64,000 nucleotides of DNA from an uncultured delta proteobacterium (GTDB lineage Bacteria > Myxococcota_A > Polyangia > Polyangiales > Polyangiaceae): positions 288,001 through 352,000 of the forward strand of contig CAVQUB010000011.1 of assembly GCA_963716725.1 (NCBI GenBank). The letters run 5' to 3'. Of this stretch, positions 56,374 to 64,000 are shown piece after piece. The translations under genes were made by a program, and so were the position numbers. Every line of letters begins with the position of its first letter. Position 1 is the first letter of the stretch. The notes under the pieces were generated by a model, which saw only the letters and a list, made by a program, of their open reading frames with translations, was not told where the DNA came from and ran no database searches.

Positions 56374-57245
56374 GAATCGGCGTCGACTTCGGCGGCACGC
56401 GGATCAAAGCCGGCCGGGTGGAAGGCGCATCGATTGTTGCCTCCGAGGCCGTGCCCACGCTCGCCGGCGGCCCACCCGGCGCTGTCCTGGATCAGATCGC
56501 CGAAGTCGTGCTCCGCCTGGCCGATGCGCCGTCGCAGGTCGGCGTCGCCATCCCCGGAGAGGTCGACGCCGCCGGACGCTGCTACCGCCTGCCCAACGTC
56601 CCGGGCTTCGAGGGCGTGAACATCCAGAGCGAGCTCCGGAGCCGGCTCGGTGTCCCCGTCTCCGTAGAAAACGACGCGACCTCGGCCGCGCTCGGCGAGT
56701 TGTTGTTCGGCCACGGCCGCGCGCACCGGAGCTTCCTGGTGGCAACGCTGGGCACCGGCGTCGGCGGCGGATTGGTCATCGACGGCGCGCTACGCCGCGG
56801 CGCCCACGGCTTCGCCGGGGAGATCGGGCACCTGCTGGTCGACAGCGCGCCGACCGCCGCCATGTGCGCCTGCGGGCTGCGCGGCTGCATGGAGGTCACC
56901 GCGGGCACGCGCGGCCTCATGGCGCGCTACGCGGAGCTCGGCGGGGTCGCGGACCAGCCGGCCCGCGTGGCTGCGCGCGCGCGCAGCGGTGATCCGAACG
57001 CGCTCCTGGCCTATTCCGACATGGGCCGGGCCCTGGGCATCGGCCTCGCACAAATCCAGAAGGTCCTCGACCTTGACGCATTGGTGTTCGGGGGCGGTAT
57101 CAGCGCCTCATTCGACCTGATCGAGCCCTCGCTCCGCGCCAGCCTGCGCTCCGCGGTGTTCGGTCCGCCGACGGCCGAAGTGCCGCTGCTCGTCAGCGAA
57201 CTGGGCGACGCCGCGGGAGTGCTGGGCGCGGCGCACTTGCCCTGA
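56370..57245 (+). CDS. ROK family sugar kinase (glucokinase-like)
   Basis: IGVDFGGT, ENDA, LGTGVGGG, GEIGH, CACG..GCME, AGVLGAA; GTGA coupling to ppx. Confidence 0.92.
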   Translation: MRIGVDFGGTRIKAGRVEGASIVASEAVPTLAGGPPGAVLDQIAEVVLRLADAPSQVGVAIPGEVDAAGRCYRLPNVPGFEGVNIQSELRSRLGVPVSVENDATSAALGELLFGHGRAHRSFLVATLGTGVGGGLVIDGALRRGAHGFAGEIGHLLVDSAPTAAMCACGLRGCMEVTAGTRGLMARYAELGGVADQPARVAARARSGDPNALLAYSDMGRALGIGLAQIQKVLDLDALVFGGGISASFDLIEPSLRASLRSAVFGPPTAEVPLLVSELGDAAGVLGAAHLP

Positions 57246-57339
57246 ACTCCCGCCAGCCCCCGAACGCGCGCTTCCTCGTCCATCAGCGCCGGCTCGACCA
57301 CGCGGTCCATCGGGCGCGAGCCTGCCCGTTTGCTAAAAA

Positions 57340-57373
57340 CTAGACAGCCATTCAGTGCTGGCTGTATGAACAG
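57340..57373. promoter_or_regulatory. Tandem CT(A/G)-N10-CAG operator-like boxes / inverted repeat before the small wHTH gene
   Basis: ctagacagccattcag-tg-ctggctgtatgaacag; contains the inverted repeat acagcca-N8-tggctgt; AT-rich. Confidence 0.45.
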
Positions 57374-57377
57374 TGTC

Positions 57378-57635
57378 ATGAACCTCGACACCTCGGAAAC
57401 CCTCGTTTTGGTTGGACTTCTAGATCTGGCTCAGGCCGACCGCGCGGCAACGGTCCTCCGGCTGGCGGCGGAGACGGATCTGCCCCGCGACTCGGTGGAG
57501 GGCTGCCTCGAGCGGCTCGACCAGGCGGGGCTGGCGGACTGCGAACGGCTCCGCCTCACCCTCACCGGCCTCGCCATCGCCTTGGCCGTGGCCCCCCGCG
57601 CCCGGCGCCTCCGGATGCGAGTGGTCGCGGCCTGA
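57378..57635 (+). CDS. Small putative winged-helix DNA-binding protein
   Basis: ATVLRLAAETDL..VEGCLERLDQAGL...LRLTLTG wHTH-like pattern. Confidence 0.65.
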   Translation: MNLDTSETLVLVGLLDLAQADRAATVLRLAAETDLPRDSVEGCLERLDQAGLADCERLRLTLTGLAIALAVAPRARRLRMRVVAA

Positions 57636-57679
57636 GAGCACGATCGACTGCCCACGCCCATCGCGCTAGCGATGTCGCC

Positions 57680-58660
57680 ATGAAGGCCATCGTCATTCGG
57701 GAGCCCGGCGGTCCCGAAGTGCTCTCACTCGAAGAGGTCCCCGAGCCGAGCCTCGGCGCCGGCCAGATCGCCATCGACGTGAAGGCCACGGCGCTCAACC
57801 GCGCCGACCTGCTCCAACGCCGCGGGATCTACCCGCCGCCCAAGGGCGAGAGCGAGATCCTGGGCCTCGAATGCGCAGGGGTGGTCGCCGCCCACGGGCC
57901 CGGCGCCGGCGGACCGCCGATCGGCTCGCGCGTGATGGCGCTGCTCGCAGGCGGCGGATACGCCGAACGCGTGGTGATCCCCGAACGCATGGCGCTGCCC
58001 ATTCCCGACGGGCTGTCGTTCGAGCAGGCTGCGGCGATCCCCGAGGCCTTCCTCACCGCGCAGGAGGCGCTCTTCACCCTAGGCCGCCTGGCTCCGGGTC
58101 AGACCGCCTTGGTGCACGCCTCCGCCGGGGGCGTGGGCTCCGCCGCCGTGCAGCTCGCGCACGAACATGGCGCCCGCGTCGTGGCCACCGCGGGCAGCAG
58201 CGACAAGCTCGAGCGAGTGCGCGCCCTGGGCGCCGATGTGCTCATCGACTACAAGACCCAGAGCTTCGCCGACGTCGTTCGCGACGTCACCGAAGGCCGG
58301 GGTGCCGACGTGGTGCTCGACTTCGTCGGCGGCGCCTACTTCGACCAGCACACCAGCTGCCTCGCGGTCGGCGGGCGGCTGATCGTGATCGGCGTACTCG
58401 GTGGCGCCACCGCGCAGCTGAACCTCGCGCAGCTCCTGATGCGTCGCTACCAGATCTTGGGCCTGGTGATGCGCTCGCGATCCGTCACGGACAAAGTCGC
58501 CATCAGCCAGACCTTCGCGCGGGACTGGCTGCCCCGCTTCGGCAGCGGCAAGCTGACGCCGGTGGTGGACTCGGTGATGGCGCTCGCCGATGCGCGGCGG
58601 GCCCACGAGCGCATGGAAGCCAACGCCAACGTGGGCAAGATCGTGCTCAGAGTCGGCTGA
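57680..58660 (+). CDS. NAD(P)H-quinone oxidoreductase (PIG3 / zeta-crystallin MDR family)
   Basis: ALNRADLLQRRG.YPPP, LGLECAG, GGGYAE, HASAGGVGS, GKIVL. Confidence 0.94.
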   Translation: MKAIVIREPGGPEVLSLEEVPEPSLGAGQIAIDVKATALNRADLLQRRGIYPPPKGESEILGLECAGVVAAHGPGAGGPPIGSRVMALLAGGGYAERVVIPERMALPIPDGLSFEQAAAIPEAFLTAQEALFTLGRLAPGQTALVHASAGGVGSAAVQLAHEHGARVVATAGSSDKLERVRALGADVLIDYKTQSFADVVRDVTEGRGADVVLDFVGGAYFDQHTSCLAVGGRLIVIGVLGGATAQLNLAQLLMRRYQILGLVMRSRSVTDKVAISQTFARDWLPRFGSGKLTPVVDSVMALADARRAHERMEANANVGKIVLRVG

Positions 58661-58726
58661 CGCCGTGCCGCGGTTTTGACGGAGGTGCGGCAGCACCGAG
58701 CGGCGTGCGTTGGCATCGGTGCTACG

Positions 58727-59716
58727 TCAGCGAAACCGCGCCACCATGCCGGCGCTTGCCGACCAGCTCACCGCCGGCACTTCGTGCACGACGACCTCGG
58801 GCTTCTCGAACACGAATTCGTGTCGAGTCAGGGGGAAGCCCATCGCGCCTTCGACACCAAAGGAGAGGCCCGGGTCGGGAGAGAGTTCCATGCGGCCGAG
58901 CGCATGGGCCGCGAACCACGGCTCCCGCGCGCTCTTCGGCCGAACGATGCGATCGCTCTCCTTGCCCGCCGCGCGCACGAATCCCCCTTCGAGCCCAGCG
59001 CAGGGGACCAACGCGAAGCCCTCGCTCGCGGCCAACCGCCAGGGGCAGCCGGAGAGTCGCAGCGCGACCAACGCGAACTCGGCGCTGCCGGCGTCGATCG
59101 TCGCAGGTCCAGTGTCGGAGTAGAACAACGACACCCGCGCGGCGCGCTGACGGTGGAGCACCTCGCCCACCGCGGCCACTGCCGGGGCGATCTTCGGGGC
59201 AAAGCTCCGTTCGATACCCACGGAAGCGCCGAAGCCGAACACCGTCGCTGGCTCCGCGCGGGCACCTGGCGGCGGCGGCGGCGATTCGGGCGGCGGCGGC
59301 GGCGGCGTCACGCTCTGCGGTTCCTTGGGCAGCGGCTTCGCAGCGACTCCCTCTCGCGCGACGCGCGCTTCGATGGCGAGGGCCGTGATGAGCGCCATCG
59401 CATTGACTGCTTCGTCGCAGCTCGCGGAGGTCACCTCGCGCGTGGCGTGGGATCCGTCGTGATCCGTGAATTCGAGCGTGACGCGCAGGCCGCCAGCTGT
59501 CGGCTCGGCGGTGACGCGATAAGTGCGCGCCAAGTCCGCCGACCCCGCGATGCGGCCGCGATCGAGGCGCGTTTCGACTTCGCGCTGAAACGCCGCGGCG
59601 CTGGGACAACCTTCGGGCCCGCTGTAGTCGAGCCGTACCGACACGTCCTGGGCCCTGGCGATCCTCGCCGCTCCCATCGTAATCCCGAGCACGGCGAGCA
59701 GGGCCAAGCCACGCAT
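58727..59716 (-). CDS. Exported protein with a probable C-terminal outer-membrane beta-barrel
   Basis: Signal peptide ending ARA; GCPS...SCDEA N-domain; Pro linker; amphipathic strands ending ARFR. Confidence 0.7.
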   Translation of the reverse strand: MRGLALLAVLGITMGAARIARAQDVSVRLDYSGPEGCPSAAAFQREVETRLDRGRIAGSADLARTYRVTAEPTAGGLRVTLEFTDHDGSHATREVTSASCDEAVNAMALITALAIEARVAREGVAAKPLPKEPQSVTPPPPPPESPPPPPGARAEPATVFGFGASVGIERSFAPKIAPAVAAVGEVLHRQRAARVSLFYSDTGPATIDAGSAEFALVALRLSGCPWRLAASEGFALVPCAGLEGGFVRAAGKESDRIVRPKSAREPWFAAHALGRMELSPDPGLSFGVEGAMGFPLTRHEFVFEKPEVVVHEVPAVSWSASAGMVARFR

Positions 59717-59774
59717 CGGCGCGAGGCTCGCACCGGAAGAGCGCGGTCGCAACCGGTGCTATACGCGGGCGGTC

Positions 59775-60701
59775 ATGTCCCCAGTCGTCGAGGCCGCTGC
59801 CCTCGAGAAGCGCTACGCGGACTTCGTCGCAGTGGCGGGCGTCGACTTTCGCATCGAGAAGGGCGAGTGCTTCGGCTTCCTGGGACCCAACGGCGCGGGC
59901 AAGACCAGCACCATGCGCATGCTCCAGTCCGTGGCGCTGCCCAGCGCGGGGCGCCTGTCGGTGCTCGGCATGGACCCGCACCGCGACGGCAAACGGATCC
60001 GCTCGCGCCTCGGCGTCTGCCCGCAGGCGGACAACCTCGATCCCGACCTGCCCGTGATCGACAACCTCTTGGTCTACGGCAGCTACTTTCCCCAGCCTCG
60101 AGAGCTCACGGCGCGTCGGGCCGACGAACTGCTCGACTTCGTCGCGCTGCGCGACAAGCGTGACCGCGCCATCGCCGAACTCTCCGGTGGCATGAAGCGG
60201 CGCCTGGTGATCGCCCGGGCGCTGATCAATGAGCCCGAGCTGCTGCTCTTGGACGAGCCCACCACGGGCCTCGACCCCCAAGCGCGCCACTTGATCTGGA
60301 CCAAGCTCCGCGAGCTCCGTGCGCGCGGCGTGACGATGGTGCTCACGACCCACTACATGGATGAAGCCGAGCGGCTCTGCGATCGGCTGGTGATCATGGA
60401 CTCCGGCAAGGTCCTCGCCGAAGGCGCGCCGCGCACGCTGATCGAGACGCACGTCGGGCAAGAGGTCTTCGAACTGGGCTCTACCGCCGCCGAGGCTCGG
60501 GCTTTCTTGGACGGTTTCGATCTCAGCGGCACCGAGCACGAGCACTCGGGGGACGTGTTTGCGGTCTTCTTGCGAGAAAAGGCCGAGCTTTCCCAGCGCT
60601 TGGTCGCGCGGGCGCGCCAGCTCGGCGCGCGGTACTTGCTGCGCAACGCCTCCCTCGAAGACGTGTTCTTGAAGCTCACGGGACGGGAGCTCGACGAGTG
60701 A
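59775..60701 (+). CDS. NodI-like ABC-2 exporter ATP-binding protein
   Basis: GPNGAGKTST, LSGGMKRR, LLDEPTTGLDPQAR, TTHYMDEAE. Confidence 0.93.
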   Translation: MSPVVEAAALEKRYADFVAVAGVDFRIEKGECFGFLGPNGAGKTSTMRMLQSVALPSAGRLSVLGMDPHRDGKRIRSRLGVCPQADNLDPDLPVIDNLLVYGSYFPQPRELTARRADELLDFVALRDKRDRAIAELSGGMKRRLVIARALINEPELLLLDEPTTGLDPQARHLIWTKLRELRARGVTMVLTTHYMDEAERLCDRLVIMDSGKVLAEGAPRTLIETHVGQEVFELGSTAAEARAFLDGFDLSGTEHEHSGDVFAVFLREKAELSQRLVARARQLGARYLLRNASLEDVFLKLTGRELDE

Positions 60702-61471
60702 GCGGGGCCACCAGCTTCTGGCACGGCGCCTCGCGGGTCGCCGGGCGAAACCTCAGCGTGTGGCGACGCTACGCCGCCGCGAGCGCTCTCGGCAATTTCG
60801 GTGAGCCATTGCTCTATCTAGTTGCGCTGGGCTACGGCCTCGGACGCGTGGTGCCGCCCATCGACGGCCTCAGCTACGCGGAATTTCTCGCGCCCGCGTT
60901 GATCGTCTCGACGGTGATGTACACCGCGACCTTCGAGGGCACCTTCGGCGCCTACACCCGCCTGACGACCCAGGGGACCTTCGAAGCCATCCTCGCGACG
61001 CCCGTGACCATCGCCGAGGTGGTGGCGGGCGAAATCTTGTGGGGCGGGATCAAGAGCACCTTCGGCGCGGCGGTGGTGCTCGGCGTCGTGACGGCTTTCG
61101 GACTCGTTCCGTCCTGGCTCGCCCTCGGAGTGCTGCCGCTCGGTTTCGTGGCGGGGGCGATGTTCTTCGCCATGGCGATGTGCATGACGGCCATCTCGAA
61201 GAGTTACGAGTTCTTCAACTACTACTTCACGCTCTTGGTGGCGCCGATGTTCCTCTTCAGCGGAGTGTTCTTCCCGCTGGAGAACGCGCCGCGCTGGGCG
61301 CTGGCGCTGGCCCAGCTCCTGCCGCTCACCCACGTGGTCGCAGTGTCTCGAGGGCTGGTCCGGGGGACGCCGACGCTCGGCACCTTGGGGCACGCCGCGG
61401 TCCTGGTCGTCTGCGCCGCCCTGGCCTTTGCGGGGGCGGCTCGGCTGCTCCGCCGTCGGCTTCAGATCTGA
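60698..61471 (+). CDS. NodJ-like ABC-2 permease
   Basis: EPLLYLVALGYGLG, SYAEFLAP, GEILW, PMFLFSGVFFP, PLTH. Confidence 0.92.
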   Translation: MSGATSFWHGASRVAGRNLSVWRRYAAASALGNFGEPLLYLVALGYGLGRVVPPIDGLSYAEFLAPALIVSTVMYTATFEGTFGAYTRLTTQGTFEAILATPVTIAEVVAGEILWGGIKSTFGAAVVLGVVTAFGLVPSWLALGVLPLGFVAGAMFFAMAMCMTAISKSYEFFNYYFTLLVAPMFLFSGVFFPLENAPRWALALAQLLPLTHVVAVSRGLVRGTPTLGTLGHAAVLVVCAALAFAGAARLLRRRLQI

Positions 61472-61592
61472 TTGTTTTCCAACACTTGCGTCGTTGCGTG
61501 ATCAATCTCTTCGGGCTCGGGGATTAGACTCCGAAGTGCAGTCCGTGGTGAGCCCCATCGAGCGACCTCGAGCGTCGGAGCCCGCGCTGCCG

Positions 61593-62144
61593 ATGGCCTC
61601 CCCCAACGAGCGTGTCGGCACCGCGGCGGAACCCGCGCGGTTGCGGGGTTTGGTCGAGCGAGAGCTCACCCCGGTGTGGCGGCTGCTGCGTCGGGTCGGA
61701 CTCTCGGAGCCCGAGGCTGATGACGCCACTCAACAGGTCTTCATCGTCGCAGCGCGACGCTTGTCCGAGATCGACCCGGCGCGAGAGCGGGCGTTCCTGT
61801 TCTCGACCGCGCTAAACATCGGACGCCGAGCGCAGCGCACGCTCATTCGTCGCCGGGAGGACGACGATGCCACGCTGGGCAGCCTGCGCGACTCGGTGCC
61901 CGGCCTCGACGAGCTTCTAGATCAAGAACGCGCTCGAGCGATGCTCGACGAGTTGCTCGGGGCGATGTCCGATGATCTTCGGGTCGTGTTCGTGCTGTAC
62001 GAGATCGAAGAGCTGACCATGGCCGAAATCGCCCAGGTTCTCGACCTCCCGCCGGGCACAGTTGCGTCGCGGCTTCGACGTGCACGCGGCGAGTTCCAGG
62101 GCGGGGTCACCCGCATCGACAAGCCGACAGGAGGACTGCGATGA
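61593..62144 (+). CDS. ECF-family RNA polymerase sigma factor
   Basis: VWRLLRRVG..ADDATQQVF; VFVLYEIEELTMAEIA..L.LP.GTVASRLRRAR. Start uncertain (upstream GTGs at 61537-61549 possible). Confidence 0.92.
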   Translation: MASPNERVGTAAEPARLRGLVERELTPVWRLLRRVGLSEPEADDATQQVFIVAARRLSEIDPARERAFLFSTALNIGRRAQRTLIRRREDDDATLGSLRDSVPGLDELLDQERARAMLDELLGAMSDDLRVVFVLYEIEELTMAEIAQVLDLPPGTVASRLRRARGEFQGGVTRIDKPTGGLR

Positions 62145-62878
62145 CCGATCCGGAGCGATTGCTGCAAGCCGAGGGCGGCGGTCTGTCGTCTGCTTTGCTC
62201 CGCGCGGGGCGAGCCGAAGGGCCGTCCGAGAAGCTGCTGGGAGATACCCTGTTGGCAGTGGGAGTCGGCGCGGCGGGCGTCGCTGCCGGCGCCCTCGCCG
62301 CCGGGTCTGGCAGCGCAGTCCTGAAGGCGGGCGGCACCACCGGCCTGACAACCCTCGCGATCAAGTGGCTGGGCATCGGCGCGGTCAGCGGCGTGGTGAC
62401 GGTGGGCGCCACCATCGGCGTGGTTCAGGGCCTGAACCCTGCGCCAAAACCCCAGGCGGCGGTGGCCGCGCCCGCCCTCGTCGTCGCAGCGCCGGCGCCG
62501 ATCCGGGCCTCCCCCGGCGTCGCGCCGGAGGCGCCCGCGCCCGTCGAGGCGATCAGCGCTCCCCCCAGACGGTCGACCGTCGCGCCGGCGCTCGAAGCGC
62601 CACTGCCTTCCATCACGGACGAGACCCGCGCCGTCGATCAGGCACGTCGCGAGCTGCGTGAGGGCAACCTTGGCCAGGCGCTGGCGACCTTGGATAGGTA
62701 CGATCGGCTCCCCGGTCCGCACCGGTTGCAGCAAGAAGCCCTCTTGCTGCGCATGGACGCGCTCGTGCGCTCGGGAAACCCGCACGCAGCGCGCGTCGTC
62801 GCCAAGAGGTTGCTCGACCAAAGCCCCAGTGGCCCCCACGCGGCGCGCGCGCGGCAGGTGCTCGGTGACAAAGATTGA
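62141..62878 (+). CDS. Putative anti-sigma factor: membrane anchor plus C-terminal TPR-like domain
   Basis: ATGA overlap with the sigma gene; MTDPERLL, Gly/Ala TM segment, Pro linker, E..AVDQARREL..G..AL..LDRY...QEA...LVRSG helix repeats. Confidence 0.75.
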   Translation: MTDPERLLQAEGGGLSSALLRAGRAEGPSEKLLGDTLLAVGVGAAGVAAGALAAGSGSAVLKAGGTTGLTTLAIKWLGIGAVSGVVTVGATIGVVQGLNPAPKPQAAVAAPALVVAAPAPIRASPGVAPEAPAPVEAISAPPRRSTVAPALEAPLPSITDETRAVDQARRELREGNLGQALATLDRYDRLPGPHRLQQEALLLRMDALVRSGNPHAARVVAKRLLDQSPSGPHAARARQVLGDKD

Positions 62879-62946
62879 TCAAACTCCCCGCCTGCGGGGA
62901 TGAACTGAATGAGGTGGCCCCGAGCCGCCCGACGAGGAGGATCTTC

Positions 62947-63906
62947 ATGCTTCGAACCGTGCTTGCATTCACCGCGGTGGCGTTGATCGCCGCCGCCTGC
63001 GGCTCCCGGCAATCTCTGGGCAGCGGCGACGATAACCTGAACACCGGTGGTACCTCCGGCAGCGGCGGAGGAAATACCGGCGGCGGCGGCAACTCGGTCG
63101 GCTGGGATCCGTGCTCAGGCCTGCCCTGCGGCGCGGAGTGCACGGTCTGCGATCCGAAAGATCCGGACTGCAACGAGACCACCGTTCTGAAATTCTGCGC
63201 AAGCGACGGCAGCTGCGGCCAGGCCTATCCCGAGTGCGGCCCGCCGTCGGTGTGCAAAGTCGACAACGACTGCCCGGGCATCGGAGCGCCGTGCCAAGAG
63301 TGCCCCGAAGGCGGCTACGCCTGTCCCTGGACCAAATGCGAAAACGGACAGTGCACCGGCGGTTTCGACAGCTGTCAGGGGCAGATGTGCAAAGACGACG
63401 GCGACTGCCCCGCGATCCTCGCGCCCTGTCAGCCCTGCCCCGATGGTTCCGTCTCGTGCCCGTGGACCAAATGCGAAAACGGACAGTGCACCGGCGGTTT
63501 CGACGGCTGTAAGGGCTACGACCCCTGCGGCGGCAAGGGCTGCGGGGACAGCTGCACCGTCTGCCCGCCCAACGATCCGAGCTGCAGCGAGACGGCGGTG
63601 CTCAAGTACTGCGACGGCGGTGGCAACTGCGCGCCGAGCTATCCGAAGTGCGAACCGACGAACCAGTGCAAGGTGAAGGGCGACTGCATCATGCCGGCGG
63701 TTTGCAAGATGTGCCCCGACGGTCAGTGCGCCGAAGGTGCCTGCGTCAACGGCTCGTGTGGCTGGCAGTGTCCGCCCCCACCAAAGCCCGAATGCAAGGT
63801 CACGGGAGACTGCGTCTTCCCCGAGATCTGCAAGCAGTGCCCGAACGGCAAGTGCGCCCAAGGTGCCTGCTTGAACGGAAGCTGCCAGCTGGTCTGCAGC
63901 GGCTGA
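62947..63906 (+). CDS. Cys-rich repeat lipoprotein
   Basis: GAGGAGG RBS; lipobox AAAC; six Cys-rich modules. Confidence 0.88.
   Translation: MLRTVLAFTAVALIAAACGSRQSLGSGDDNLNTGGTSGSGGGNTGGGGNSVGWDPCSGLPCGAECTVCDPKDPDCNETTVLKFCASDGSCGQAYPECGPPSVCKVDNDCPGIGAPCQECPEGGYACPWTKCENGQCTGGFDSCQGQMCKDDGDCPAILAPCQPCPDGSVSCPWTKCENGQCTGGFDGCKGYDPCGGKGCGDSCTVCPPNDPSCSETAVLKYCDGGGNCAPSYPKCEPTNQCKVKGDCIMPAVCKMCPDGQCAEGACVNGSCGWQCPPPPKPECKVTGDCVFPEICKQCPNGKCAQGACLNGSCQLVCSG
63328..63504 (+). repeat. Exact 42-bp direct repeat at a 135-bp period within the Cys-rich lipoprotein gene
   Basis: tggaccaaatgcgaaaacggacagtgcaccggcggtttcgac at 63328-63369 and 63463-63504. Confidence 0.9.
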
Positions 63907-64000
63907 GCTCGGGTCGGGTCGCGCGGTGGTCGTTGACCCCGGCCGCCGCGCGCTCAGGTCCCGACGGGCCGAAGCCGAATCAGGCCCGGCTCACCGCGGA

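Noticed and set aside
59775..61471. Nodulation genes nodI/nodJ
   Set aside because: Family resemblance only; there are no nodABC genes and NodIJ-like exporters are widespread, so no gene symbol was assigned.
1..64000. tRNA, rRNA, transposase, integrase, prophage or known defence genes
   Set aside because: None recognised by eye and intergenic gaps are mostly short. A tRNAscan-SE, Infernal and DefenseFinder run would be needed to exclude them formally.

Overview
GC-rich chromosomal DNA, gene-dense on both strands. The gene content points to a myxobacterium (Myxococcota, probably Polyangiaceae/Sorangiineae-like; inferred from content only): many Ser/Thr kinases, FHA proteins, sigma54 activators, Gly/Cys-rich lipoproteins and DUF4388 proteins. 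About 55 CDSs are supported. No rRNA, tRNA, CRISPR array or transposase was recognised. Main blocks: (i) rplC co-oriented with an RluA-methyltransferase fusion gene and divergent from rplS, both ribosomal protein genes outside their usual operons; (ii) a four-gene FHA/vWA/PP2C/FHA-ABC transporter operon; (iii) a MacAB-like exporter; (iv) a signalling island with a PAS kinase, two NtrC-type activators, a lone receiver, a kinase and three CBS proteins, carrying four sigma54 -24/-12 motifs, next to glgP; (v) kinase-TPR/PEGA-lipoprotein and MshEN/HD-GYP/REC/DUF4388 genes; (vi) a ~600-bp element with nested inverted repeats and CTAG ends carrying a frameshifted GxxExxY gene, inside a CTAG-rich cluster of palindromic elements (the most unusual structure seen); (vii) a DUF3570 barrel plus heme-motif lipoprotein cluster; (viii) a kinase/pseudokinase pair converging on an FHA-sigma54 activator; (ix) hydrolases, ppx-ROK, a small wHTH gene behind SOS-like boxes, a NodIJ-like ABC exporter, an ECF sigma/anti-sigma pair and a Cys-repeat lipoprotein. 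Many genes have a TANNNT hexamer 6-9 nt before the start codon, suggesting leaderless mRNAs. Family assignments come from motif recognition by eye, not database searches.
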